In this document: one piece after another, positions 1-12,774 of the stretch | Numbering within the stretch: position 1 is the stretch's first letter | Layout of the letters: each line of letters opens with the position of its first letter | NCBI GenBank assembly: GCA_964016885.1 | Contig: OZ024741.1 | Coordinates: 287,618,001-287,682,000, forward strand | Direction: 5' to 3' | DNA length: 64,000 nt | Source: Eledone cirrhosa | Lineage: Eukaryota | The notes under the pieces: generated by a model | What the model saw: only the letters and a program-made list of their open reading frames with translations | Told to the model about the DNA's origin: nothing | Databases searched by the model: none | Position numbers and translations under genes: made by a program

Positions 1-872
1 TCCGAAGAAACATATCGAAAATCATTCCGTCATCAGGAAAGTCTTTTTCCGTATAGGTCTCCAGGCATAGCGAGGACACTGGAAACTTATTAAAAAAATA
101 ATTCAGTGGAATGGAAATAGCAAAGCGTGGACTGGATTCCAAGCCATTGAGAAAATCACTGCCTCCTCGTCTGTGGCAGATTCAAAAAGAATCAATCACG
201 TGACATCGAGGTCAATCAGTGGAAAGCGAGTGGTTATTAAGACAGCGGCCAGCTTACTACCATAGTAGCAGTCATGGCCAAATATTGCTCGACAAATGAA
301 TTGGAGATAATTATAAGGAATTTATATCTAGTAACATTTATATTACGTCTCTCATATTATTGTTCTGCAACCCCATGCATTGAACCACATTGTTAATAAG
401 ACAAAACCTATATATTTGCTAGCATTGATATGCATCTGTGTGTATATAAATGTTACTAGATATAAATTCCTTATAATTATCTCCAATTCATTTGTCGAGC
501 AATATTTGGCCATGACTGCTACTATGGTAGTAAGCTGGCCGCTGTCTTAATAACCACTCGCTTTCCACTGATTGACCTCGATGTCACGTGATTGATTCTT
601 TTTGAATCTGCCACAGACGAGGAGGCAGTGATTTTCTCAATGGCTTGGAATCCAGTCCACGCTTTGTTATTTCCATTCCACTGAATTATTTTTTTAATAA
701 GTTTCCAGTGTCCTCGCTATGCCTGGAGACCTATACGGAAAAAGACTTTCCTGATGACGGAATGATTTTCTATGTGTTTCTTCGGAAAATATATTTACTC
801 CATTCCAGAAACTAATTAGTTGGAAGTGATTTTTTAGTAAGTAAGTTAATTTTATAATTTTCTTATTTTACG

Positions 873-881
<9 letters not shown>
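1..881 (+). mobile_element. Penelope pseudo-LTR / retrozyme-like non-coding element (family H1) with inverted partial copy
   Basis: 1-342 is the reverse complement of 445-786. The forward unit 343-881 starts and ends with ttacgtctctcata (525-bp period), contains a hammerhead and ends in (TA)n. Homologous to 28494-29360. Confidence 0.8.
745..827 (+). ncRNA. Type I hammerhead ribozyme with extended stem II
   Basis: Stem I actttc/ggaagt; core CTGATGA (751-757); stem II ggaatg...cattcc with internal attttc/gaaaat; GAAAC; palindromic stem III ctaattag; GUU site. Confidence 0.8.
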
Positions 882-953
<72 letters not shown>

Positions 954-1089
954 TATATATGTATGTATTGATGTATGAAATTTACACACACACAAATATA
1001 TATATATGAACACATATATATATATGTGTAAGTATATATGCATATATGTATATGTGAGCATGAATATATATACGTATATATATATGCGC

Positions 1090-1162
<73 letters not shown>

Positions 1163-1269
1163 TATATATGAATGTATATATATAGTGTATTTTTCAATAC
1201 ACTGTATGCTTAATTAAAAGCATTTTGAAGACCTTCGCTATTGTTTTAAAGTTGTGACAATGTCACTTC

Positions 1270-1366
1270 AATTTTCAGCAAACAAGGGGAGATAAGCTGA
1301 CAGAGCTCTGTTTCGTACTTGTTGGTACTTATCAAAGCTCACCACTCCTCCTGTTTGCTGAAAATT
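1270..1366 (-). ncRNA. Type I hammerhead ribozyme, U3:A8 core variant, on a long stem I
   Basis: Minus strand reads gagct-TTGATAA-gtac-caacaa-gtac-GAAAC-agagctct-GTC-agctt. Flanks aattttcagcaaaca / tgtttgctgaaaatt extend stem I. Confidence 0.75.
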
Positions 1367-1441
1367 ATGAATGTTGGATTCTTATTACAGTAATATATAT
1401 ATATATATAATTAGAAAGTAAACAACACAATATAACTACTC

Positions 1442-1503
1442 CATTACCAAAGGTTTCAGGACCCTAGACAATATTATCATACGTCTAGTTCGCTCATCAT
1501 ATG
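1442..1503 (-). ncRNA. Degenerate hammerhead motif
   Basis: Minus strand cat-ATGATGA-g...ctagac/gtctag...GAAAC-ctttg-GTA-atg; C3 is mutated to A. Confidence 0.45.
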
Positions 1504-1513
1504 AAATATTTAA

Positions 1514-1550
<37 letters not shown>

Positions 1551-2029
1551 AACTCTACTTTTTATAATCCTTCCGATAAGTCCTTCGACCTACGACGAGT
1601 CCACGCCACGACTTTAGCTTTTAACAAACGCACGCAATTGCCGTCACAGGTCGATGAACAAACAGAAGCACAATTTAGTATAGCTAGATCTAAACTTAGA
1701 AATATTATAGAACAGTATAGCAAAAAGCAAAATAGAATGGAGGCCCAGCAACTGGGAGAAAAATCTGCAAATGGCTTGCGTAAGCTCATGCAGCGCTCGC
1801 GTAATGGAAGATTGTATGTTTTCCAACAGAGAAGTCTGGCAGAATGTCGGTTGACAGTCTGTCAAACTACATCCAGGCAATGCAACCCCACATCACTAAT
1901 ACAAGAGAAGTAACACCACAAGAGCATGAAGATAGGGAGAAATCCCTCAATGCCCATATGATGATGTGGACAAACATAATGCAGCCTAACAAAAGGACTG
2001 CCAACAACTTCCAGGCCTAGAACAATGAC

Positions 2030-3920
2030 GTGCCAGCGTTTTATGGGCTTCGAAAAGACCATAAAACGAGCAGTGACCCTGTCACAGAACCACCAACACG
2101 GCCAGTCTGTGGAGTTAACATTGCTAGTAACTACAGACTTTCCTACTTCCTCTCCCTGATCATACGCTCCATCATTGAAATCTCCCCAGATATATGTGAC
2201 AGCACGGAGGACCTCCTCAGCAGAATCAGCGAAAGTAACCGATCTAGGGACCTAACAAACTGTATAATAGGAAGTATGGATGTTGTGTCCCTATATCCAT
2301 CCATTGACGTGGATTTTGCTGTGCAGAAATGCGTAGAAATGATCAGTGAGAGCAATGTTGAATTCCGTGGGATTGATACCAGTGAGCTGGGACTCCTACT
2401 TAAACTTACCTATAGTAATGATTATCTAGATACATATGACCTTAGCAACCTGTGCCCTATAAGACCAGCAAGAGGCAGACCACCTACCATTACCTCAATG
2501 GCCAAGAAAACCTACACAGATAGATGGAACGGGTGGACCAGAGCCATACGGACCCCTGAAAACCACGATGAACTAAAGAAAATGATTGCACATGCGGTGG
2601 GGGCCAGTATAAAATTAACCCTTAAGAAAGATATGTTCAAATTTAATGGAAAAACATATGCCCAAGAGGAGGGAGCAGCCATTGGTGTTAGCATTGCAGG
2701 TGACATAGCTAACCTATTCATGGTATGGTGGGACAATAGACTTAAACTTAAAGAACAATTAGAACGCAGCAACCTCTTAACCCTGATAATGTACTCCCGC
2801 TACGTTGATGATATAAACACCGGAGTAAAAACACCCCCACTAGAGAGCAGTCAGGAATTAGAGAAAAACACCATGGAAAGCATCCAGCAAATAGCTAACT
2901 CCATCCACCAGAGTAATAGAGTTACTGCCCAAACAAACACCCAAGTAGACTACCCAAGCAAACACCCCAACCATCGATTACCTGTACTAGACACAGAGCT
3001 CTGGTTAGAAACCATTAATAACAAAAAACAAATCCTCCATTCCCATTATGCTAAACCCATGACTTCCAAATATCTGATCCACCGAAACTCAGCTGTTTCG
3101 GACCACACCAAAATCAACATACTGATTACGGATTTGGTACGGGTGATGAGAAACGTGTCCCGCATGTGCAACCCCAAAGAACTAGAAGGACACATACAAC
3201 ACTTCATCCACCGTATGCAGTTCTCAGGTTACAATCAGAGAGATAAAATCAGAGTATATAGAGGAGCCAGAACCAAATGCGAAAAAATGGTAAATAATGA
3301 TACAAATGGGACCTGCCCCTTGTATAGGAGCAAATTTTTGAGTAGAATAGAAAGAACTAGGAATAAGGTTATTAGAATAAACTCATGGTATGATAGCAAT
3401 AAATACCAGAGTGTAATGCTCATAAATACAACCCCTAGAGGTGAATTAGCCTACAAATTTAGAAGGGCCCTAGATAAACAAACTTAATATTAAGATAGTA
3501 GAAATAACAGGTACCTCCATAAAAACACTTATTAGCAATACATACCCTTTTCAAAGACCTCCCTGTATAGATAAGAAATGTATAATCTGTAAACTAAGCC
3601 CCCATATTAACTGTAAAACTAGAAATGTAGTATATAGCATAAGATATACTGAAGGACAATGTAAAGATAAGAATATAGTGTACATAGGTGAGATAGCTCG
3701 TAATATAGGAGAACGGTTAAATGAACACTGGCGAGAGCTTCAAGATAAAAAATAATCATCTGTACTCCACCAACATGCTAAAATAGAACATAAGGGTAAA
3801 TTAGAGAACATAGAGTTAAAATAGAATCTACACACAGAAAAGACGCAATGTTTAGACAAATCACAGAGGCAATAAACATAAATGATCTCCAACCAAAATT
3901 AAATAGAAACATGAATGGAA
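2030..3920 (+). pseudogene. PLE reverse transcriptase + GIY-YIG endonuclease (interrupted)
   Basis: RT motifs FYGLRKDHK, RPV, SMDVVSLYPSI, QEEGAAIG, RYVDD, LPVLD. After a stop: CIDKKCIIC...NCKTRNVVYSI...YIGEIARNIGERLNEH...RQITEA...LN. Confidence 0.9.
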
Positions 3921-4143
3921 TAGCAACATCACAACTTACAATTAAGGACAAAATGAAAACACACACGCACATAGAACAAACAACCAACCAGTAACATGTA
4001 AATAAACAAATAAATAACAAATATAAACACACACAGACACCCGGATGTAACACATGCGAAAACTAAGCACACAACACACACAAAAACAAGATGGCGTAGG
4101 ACAAAACAAAGGAGAGGCACAAAAACAAAGAAAAGAATCTCCA

Positions 4144-4186
4144 GTCACTGAAGAGTTCACAGAATGTGTGACGAAAGAACTTTGAC
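4144..4186 (+). ncRNA. Minimal type I hammerhead in PLE-1 pLTR
   Basis: gtca-CTGAAGA-gttcacagaatgtgtgac-GAAA-gaac-TT-tgac; second copy at 26475-26517. Confidence 0.7.
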
Positions 4187-4398
4187 AATATATGAACAAT
4201 CGTCTGGTTGTGGAACCAACCAACCAACCGGAAATTTATAAATTCTTAAATTTATAAATTTTATTTATAATAAATTGAAGTGAAAGTCACTGGTGCGAGT
4301 GTTTCTTATTGGTAACATGACCCTCCCAAAGCATAACAATATCGCTTTCAACACACGTTTTCAGATAAAGAATCTTGCTAAACAAATTCAGAAACGAA

Positions 4399-4424
<26 letters not shown>

Positions 4425-4429
<5 letters not shown>

Positions 4430-4640
4430 GAATTTAGCTTCGAACATCGCTGTGTACAAATATGTATTTAAATTTTGTATTTCTAAAGAAATACGGTGTG
4501 TTTATACAATTAGAAAGCCATAGCTATGAAAAACACTGGCAGCTAACGCTACCCAGCGGTGTCCGGCAGAAGCAAGGGGGACAATCGTCGATGCATTTTG
4601 AACACAGGAACTTTAGAAATACGAAATTCAAATGCATGCT
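4425..4640. repeat. Degenerate foldback repeat, homologous to 28212-28410
   Basis: Shared ttagaatttag...gtatttctaaagaaat...tagctatg; inverted arm ctttagaaatacgaaatt at ~4611-4628. Confidence 0.5.
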
Positions 4641-4689
4641 CATGAAATTAAGTTGCAAGGGGTTGAACATTCTACAGACACGTGCACCC

Positions 4690-4900
4690 TTAACGTAGTT
4701 CTCAGGAAGAGTTACTTTGATACAATGTTCGATACAAAGATGGCCCTTTGAAATGTAGGTTCAACTCATTTTTGTCAGCTGAGTGAATTTGAGCAACAAG
4801 AAATAAATTGGCTTCTTCAAAAACACATCGCGCCCCTCCATCCGGGATATTATGACCTTACGATCCTGAGGTGAACACCATAACCGCTAAGCCACACGCC
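4690..4900 (-). mobile_element. tRNA-derived SINE relic (same family as 29459-29570)
   Basis: Minus strand ggcgtgtggcttagcggtt (A-box-like) and body motif aatttatttc-tgttgctc shared with ~29550-29567. Confidence 0.5.
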
Positions 4901-5145
4901 GACGAATATAAGTATATATATATATGTGTGTGTGTTTTAAAACGTTAGCGGTTTCTTTATAAACAGTTGACACCAGTGAAAGTAAATAAAAATATTAAAA
5001 TAAACATCAAATTACTTGTTTCATTAATACCGAAACCTTCTAAATAACCGAAATGTCGGTTTCGCATTTTTCAAACCCATATATATCGAGTACTCTGCTG
5101 AGTAATGGTCTTACTAGTTTAAAACTGATAATTCTGATCTCTCTC

Positions 5146-5328
<183 letters not shown>

Positions 5329-5844
5329 TGAAACTAAATAATAAAAATGTAATTATTTAGTAACAAGATCAGCAATGTTTGGGCAGAGAAAAGTTCATTA
5401 AATCGACCCTATTGCGTTATTTTGTTTTATTTTCTCGACCTGTAAGGATAAAAGGTAAAGCTATCTACTGTGATGGTCACTAAATTGCACCTATCGGCCA
5501 GTGAGTGCTACTTGTAGAACCATCTCCCGGGTATTTAGCGCCCTAGACTAGCTCTACAGTGCGCATCTTTTTTATTGTACGCCTCTTTCATCCAAATACA
5601 AAAATTTCTACTTACACTTTGGTAAGCTGATGAACCTAGTTTTTGACACTTCTTGCTCTGACCACACTAAGAATGTCCCCACTTACACACGCCAAATCAT
5701 GTGACAAGTCGTAACACAATACGATCCTTACCCCACCCCCACTTTATATATTCCACAACGCTGCTACTCGGCAAATTTGTTTGGCGATATATTTATTGAT
5801 CACCAGAAATTATAAGTAGATTTAACTTAACTATATAAATTTAT

Positions 5845-6130
5845 GAGGCAGCGCAATAGTAGAGTCGTTAGAACGTTGGATAAAGTGCTTTGTAGTATTC
5901 ACTATGGTTCTTTGCTCTTTGAGTTCACTTCCCACCTTTCATCCTTTCGAGGTTGATTATTCCTCTACACTACATCTCTTTCTCACTTCCTCTCTCTCAC
6001 TCTATCCTTCTTTGTAAGAAATCTGCTGTGTTCAGACCTGGAGAGAAATGGGCTCCTCCACGCTTAAAATGCCGTATGCCACTAGAACGCAGCTACGAAT
6101 CCATCAGGACTTACGGGGCCATAACATAAC
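5845..6130 (+). mobile_element. SINE-like repeat (degenerate)
   Basis: agagtcgtt...gagttca...cctttcatcctttcgaggttgat core; similar to 7700-8010 including the tail, and to 56612-56790. Confidence 0.55.
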
Positions 6131-6289
6131 ATGCCATATAGATTTGTATACAATTATGATCATTTTAGGTTCAGTAATGTGCCTCTCTAATATCTCAGCC
6201 TTACTTAGTCTTAATGATAGCACCGGATACATGACCATATTTTCCCGCTTCATCTGTTTGGCTATAGTACGTGGCTATGAAGCCGAAAC

Positions 6290-6600
6290 ATAAACATAAG
6301 CACTGGAGAGACCAAACTCTCCAAATACCGGTCGCTCTCCGGCAGGTTTGCCGTCGTACTCTTGGCAGTGTAGACTTCTAGTGTCCTCGGCCCTAGGGCT
6401 ACCTCCCTACTCACCACCATAGGCGCTGAGCTAGCCAGCCGCAGGTGTGAGCCTCGCGAGTTGGAATGGCTCTTCCAGCGCATCTCCCTACCATCCTCCA
6501 GGGAAACGCCTTCTCTATCCTGTCCACCGGGAGGCCAGCACGTGGGACCCCATTTGCTCACCATACAGAGAGATGGGGAGGGACTGAGAGATGGAGGCGA
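6290..6600 (+). pseudogene. 3' fragment of a CRE-type (RLE) non-LTR retrotransposon
   Basis: Translates as GETKLSKYRSLSGRFAVVLLAV*TSSVLGP...IGAELASRRCEPRELEWLFQRISL and, after a frameshift, ILQGNAFSI; resembles the K..KY...PLAVET.G.GP...QRIS....GNA C-terminus of CRE-like elements. Confidence 0.65.
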
Positions 6601-7018
6601 TGACAGTGGGAGTTCGACTGACTGATCCTTGTAGTATTCATTTGCCGTTGCCATATTATATCCTACCCCATTAACATACCTTTAATTAAGCAATACTTAA
6701 TTCTATCAGTGTTGAAAAGCAGTCTTGACCTAGGTGGAATTCTAATTCAGAATGTAAAGGTCAAATTCATCCACCATCCAATTGCGTTAAACATCTTGAA
6801 ATAGATTTTTCTAGAAAATATAAGCTAAAAGGAAGGAAAACGTAAAAATAAAATGCATCAATTTTAATTATGAATAAATATTCTCCATTTTGTCTCTTTT
6901 TAATAACTTAGGAAACGTTGTATTAAAATGTTCATTGAAAACTAATATAGAATACCATATTTCTGATGGGATTACTATATGAAGAATATAAGCAAGTAAT
7001 GTAGCACACACACATACA

Positions 7019-7072
<54 letters not shown>

Positions 7073-7094
7073 TGTGTTTTGTGTTACATTAAAC

Positions 7095-7140
<46 letters not shown>

Positions 7141-7223
7141 TCGATGTAGAAACGATAGAAAAAGATATTTAGAATTATTAATAATGTTTTTCAATGAATA
7201 TTTCTATTTCTCACTCTGTCCTA

Positions 7224-7330
<107 letters not shown>

Positions 7331-7396
7331 AAGAGAGAAAGAAAGAAATAAAGACAAAAAGGCAAAGAGAAAACACAAATCGACATATATATACTG

Positions 7397-7465
<69 letters not shown>

Positions 7466-7699
7466 GGGGGGAGAGAGAGATCTGTTATTGAGCGTATCAG
7501 TTTTCATTCAATATAATTTCAAAAATATCTCTTTGTTTTGTTTTTATTTGCTATTTTTCCTCGTTATTTATTTATATATTTTATTATATATTTATCTAAT
7601 TATTTATTTTCTTCCTTTTTCAACTATAAATTCAAATTGGTAATTTTCTTCTATTTTCACTATTGAATCTATTCATTTGTGTGTATATATTTGTGTTTG

Positions 7700-8010
7700 T
7701 AAGGGGCGAATTGACAGAGTCGTTGGGTGGTCGGATAGAATAATTTGTGGGTAGCATACGTTTCGGCTCGCTGCTCTCTGAGTTCAAATCCCACCCAAGT
7801 CCACTTTCCTTTCATCCATTTAAGGTAGTATTGGAGTCGATTCTTCTTCTATATCCCATCTCCCTTCCTCTCTCACGCTATCTATCCTTCTCTAGAAGAA
7901 ATCTGGTGAATTCAGACATGGAAAGGGGATGGGCTCTGGCAGGTTAAAAATGATCTAGATATGCCGTATGTCTACATGGCACCCTAAGACACCTTCAAGA
8001 GTTCAAGACC
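7700..8010 (+). mobile_element. SINE-like repeat (degenerate)
   Basis: B-box-like gagttcaaatccc and cctttcatcc core; paralogous to 5845-6130. Confidence 0.55.
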
Positions 8011-8046
8011 ATGCATGTAATTGTGTATGTGTGTAGAAAGAGTATG

Positions 8047-8083
<37 letters not shown>

Positions 8084-8112
8084 ACACACACAGACACACA
8101 CATTATATTAAT

Positions 8113-8155
8113 GTCACTGATGAAGGATAAAATTCCACAAACAGCTTTCTAGCAT
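8113..8155 (+). ncRNA. Degenerate hammerhead motif in a short pLTR-like remnant
   Basis: CTGATGA-a-gga-taaaat-tcc-a-cAAAC-agct; G12 is mutated. Confidence 0.4.
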
Positions 8156-8243
8156 TCTCAACAGTATGAGTTAGCGGCTTAAACCATTCTTAGCGAGACT
8201 CCCATATGTTTATTATAGCACAAACATATATATATTCTTACAT

Positions 8244-8316
<73 letters not shown>

Positions 8317-8450
8317 CTTGGACTTGGATGATTTCTCCCCATTGAAACAGTTCTAGTCCTGTAGAAGCCATTTCTATATTAAATATTTATACTCTGCTAT
8401 GTATTGAGTGCCTTACTTATTGTGGTTACCCCCGATTCAACTCGGGATAA

Positions 8451-8521
<71 letters not shown>

Positions 8522-8550
8522 CATACATTTATATATATATATATATATAT

Positions 8551-9358
8551 CTAAGGCGGGTAAAATTCCCGAGATCCATGGACCAGTTCTCTCCAGCGGT
8601 CTCTGTCCCTCATTATCGCTGCCATGTCCTGCGTCTCCAACAGACCAGTGTCTGTCCTTAGGGCATCAACATACGTTAACCTTGGTCTTCCTCTTCTAGT
8701 ATGTCCATGTAGGGGCTCCCACAGGAGCACTGAGTGCAATGTCAACTCTGGATGTCGGTGAGCATGTCCAGCTAACCGCAGTCTCCTCTGTGTCACTTTT
8801 GAGCTGACTTTTGGGATGCTCCCATACAGCTCTGAGTTTTTCATCCTCAGTGTATACTGATTATTGTTCAGTGTATACTGATTAATGTATACTGATTAAT
8901 TCTGAATTTGCCGACGACATAGTTTTGGTGACAAATACAGTGAAGGAGGCAGAGGATTTGATGCGGGAGGTAGAGACTGTGTCGATGAGTGTGGGGCTGA
9001 GAATGAATGAGACTAAAACAAAATATCTGGTAGAGAATGTTGAGAAGCCAGAGGGGATCACTAATGTAGACGGGAAGCCGCTAGAATTGGTTGAAGGCTT
9101 CCTGTATTTGGGAGCAAAGATTGGGAATACGGAAGATGATGTGGTTGAGAGGAAGAGAAAAGCCTGGGCGGCGTGCCACAGCTTGAGATCGGTGTGGAAG
9201 TCGGACCTTCGTAAAGACCTGAAAATCCGCCTCTTCATTGCTGTAGTGGAGTCTGTGCTGCTGTACGGGTCTGAGACTTGGACACTGACCAAGAAACTCA
9301 CTCAGATGGTGGATGGGTGCTACACGTGAATGCTGAGGATGGCTCTGAACATTAATCA

Positions 9359-9360
<2 letters not shown>
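8551..9360 (-). mobile_element. RTE-clade LINE 3' fragment with 5' inversion
   Basis: 8551-8870 (-): RRLRLAGH...RRGRPRLTYVD...DRDRWR. 8900-9360 (+): FADDI...FLYLG...LLYGSETWTL...MLRMALNINQY. The two pieces are contiguous in the element; flanked by (TA)n. Confidence 0.85.
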
Positions 9361-9410
<50 letters not shown>

Positions 9411-9434
9411 TGGAAAATGTGTGTAATCCTTGGT

Positions 9435-9585
9435 ACAGTTAGGTATATTAAGACAGGGGGGAATAAAAAAAATGGCTTCACTTGTGCTTTCAACAAATTT
9501 ATTTTCTTCACAAAATCCAAAAAGAATTTTTTTCCGGATTAGAAAAAATTTTCTTAAAAAATTTTTTTTATAATTAAAGTTGTGA
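9435..9585 (+). repeat. Dispersed repeat with inverted copy at ~15505-15660
   Basis: tattaagacagggggg...atggcttcacttgtgctttcaacaaatttattttcttcac...ttccggattagaaaaaa is reverse-complementary to 15505-15660. Confidence 0.7.
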
Positions 9586-10022
9586 AGATAACTATGGGAA
9601 AGACCAAATAAAACCCAGAAAACAAACCCATAGGAAACCCCAGAACTCAGGAAAATACAACAACACAAGAAATGAAGCACCCACACACAATAAACCAACA
9701 ACAACCAGATATTGGGTAACCCCAAACACACAACTACATACAGACCCAATACTCAACACCAGAACCAGATACAACCACTGCCATAACACCAAGAACAATT
9801 ACCGGAGACAAAATCAAAGACACATGAATACAGAAGAACCAGACCCCCATACAGCAACGACCACGCAAGAGTCTATCGCCCAACCAGTTACCGGCATGAA
9901 GTTCCGGCGGGCCAAAGGTTTCACCACAACAGAAACACCCCTATCCCAAATGGCACCCATTTTTTAGGACTAGGGGCCTCGCACCAAATGAAAGAAAAAA
10001 AGAAAAAAGCACCACCTTTCAA

Positions 10023-12288
10023 GTGGCACCTGACGAGAAAGAACCAATCGAACCAAAAATAATCAATATATCAGCCAAGAAATTAACACAACCAGAAATA
10101 CAACTGTTAGAAAATGGACTGAAGTTCACTCCCACTCCGAAAGCATATACAGCCGATGTTATAAAAGACACAGAAGAATACTGTCGAAAATTACGCTTAG
10201 GAGAATTCTTCCAGGGTGTACAATACGAGGAAGAATCACTGGTGAAAAACAAAAAGAACTTCACACCCCCGCTAAATAGAGATAAATACCTGGAGGAGTA
10301 CATAACCTGCCTTCGCCGATCAGCACGTACAAATACGGCCGAGACGAAACACAAACGCAACATCCCTACAGACCAACTACTAGCATTGAACAAGCTACAA
10401 TGGGATTCCTCAATAATAATAAAAGAAGCGGACAAAGGTGGAGCAATCGTCATCATGGACATAAACCACTACAAAGATATGGTTCTAGCACACTTGAATG
10501 ACGAAAACTTCTACAGGAAAATCACTAAAAACGAAGAAAGGAAATCGAGGAACCAAATAGGCAAACTAACAGCAAAGTACCAAAACAACCTAACACCAAA
10601 AGAAGTAGATTACCTAACCAACTTCGAAATGAAAACCAGCAATTTCTATGGATTACCAAAATTCACAAATCCATAGAAATCCAAAACAACATAAAAGGGA
10701 AAAATACATCATACATCGAAGCACCAAAACCGACAGACTTAAAATTACGCCCCATTATTGCTGGCCCAGCCTCAAGCACACAACGTCTAAGCAACCTATT
10801 AGACATCATACTCAAACCCCTATGTAAAAAAGTTCCAAGCTACATCAGAGATGATATGGAATTCCTTAACTATATCCCCCAAAAAGTACACCAGGATACA
10901 ATCCTAGTCAGTTTTGATGTAATAAGCCTGTACACTAACATCCCACACGACCTAGGATTGAAGCTGTGGACTTCTGGATTACAAAACACTCAAGTCACAT
11001 TTCAGAAAGATTCCCCAAAGAATTCATCTTGGAAGGACTTAAATTAGTATTGGAAAACAACCACTTCCTCTTTGACAACGAACTTTATCTACAAATAAAA
11101 GGAACAGCCATGGGTACCAAAGTGGCCCCTACATATGCAACGCTCGTTATGGGTCACTTAGAGGCAAAATTATATTCCCAACTACAGATAACATTCAGTC
11201 ACGACTTTGCCTTCTACATTAATAAAAACTGGAAACGTTACCTAGATGACTGCTTCATCTTCTGGAACAGAAGCCAAACTGACCTACAAAAATTTCATTC
11301 GATCTTAAACAGGCTTCATGAAGCTATACAATTCACTATGGAATGTAACGAAAAGGAACTGCCCTTTCTAGATATCCTCATCAATAAAGAAGGGGAAAAT
11401 ATCATAACGGACCTATTTTGCAAACCCAGTGACACACACCAATACTTAAATTTCCGGTCAGCACACCTCTCACATACGAAAAGGAACATTCCCTTCAACA
11501 TGGCAAGGCGCATCTGCACTATAGCAACACACCCCGTACTACAAGAAAAAAGATTATGTGACCTGAAAAAATTCCTTAAAAAACAAGAATACCCGATGAA
11601 ACTCATCAACGCAGCCATCTCCAAGGCTAAGAACATCCCAATAACAACACTGAGAAAACCAAACCCACAACATAAAAAAGAAAACCCTGCTATCTCTTTT
11701 GTCATCACTCACAACCCAGGGAACATCAACATTGTGAAAACTGCTAAGCAGTATCTCCCGATTCTACAGCAATCTACCAAAATGAATGCACTCTTAAAAA
11801 ACACACAGATAATTTATAGCAGACGCCAAGCACCCAACCTTAAAAAACTAATTACCAAGGCAAAATTTACGACCAACATGGAATCAATGCAAGTGACGAA
11901 ATGCGGGGACCCTAGATGTGGAACCTGTGGACTCATCGAAGAGGGCAAACAGTTGTCCTTCAAAAACCATGATAATTTCAAGGTCAATGCAAACATGAAC
12001 TGCAAAACGAAAAACCTAATATATTGCGCAACATGTCCACAGTGTAAAGAGTATTACATTGGGGAAACCGGAACGGGACTACATGATAGAGTCCGGGTAC
12101 ATAAACAACAAATTAAAGACCCCACAGTCAGAAATACCACATGTAGCGCACACTTTGCATCATGCGGGAAGGGAAAATTCACAATCTTCCCTTTCTTCAA
12201 GATATGGTCGGATAACGAACATTTCCGCAGATATAAAGAAGAATTCTTCATTGAAAAATTTAAACCACTACTGAACACGAAAAAATGA
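10023..12288 (+). pseudogene. PLE RT + Cys-rich linker + GIY-YIG endonuclease (two frameshifts)
   Basis: LLENGLKF, KEADKGGAIVIM, FYGLPK, SFDVISLYTNIP, QIKGTAMG, RYLDD, LPFLD, CGDPRCGTC, NLIYCATCPQC..YIGETG, R..H, EE..I..F.P.LN. Confidence 0.93.
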
Positions 12289-12731
12289 ATTAACACTCGG
12301 AGGTAAAATTCCATTTCACTACCCCCCCCCCCCTCTTCTTATGTGTACACATGAATATATGAGTGAACGGTGAGACACACACATATATATGTGTAGGTAT
12401 GTATGGATGTATGTACGTGTGGGTATATATGTATGTGGGTGTGTGTATATATATGTATGGATGTGTGTATGTTTGTATGTGTGTGTATATATATATATAT
12501 ATGTGTGTATATATATGTATATGTGTATGTATGTATGTGTATATTTGTATATATATATATGTATATGTATATGTATATATATATATAGATATGTGTTTAT
12601 ATGTGTGTGTGTATGTATATGTATGTATCTATATATGTGTGTGTGTGTATGTATGTGCATATATGTATATATGTGTGTACATATATGTATGTTTCTGTAT
12701 GTGTATATGTATGTATGTAGATGTATGTATA

Positions 12732-12774
<43 letters not shown>

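Larger units (their letters stand above)
1549..4399 (+). mobile_element. Penelope-like retroelement PLE-1 (RT + C-terminal GIY-YIG), degraded
   Basis: RT ORF 2030-3487, GIY-YIG region ~3540-3920, 3' pLTR with hammerhead; (TA)n on both sides. Confidence 0.9.

Noticed and set aside
5025-5078. Hammerhead-like TTGAAAA...GAAAC on the minus strand
   Set aside because: Stem II is essentially absent and stem I is unconvincing.
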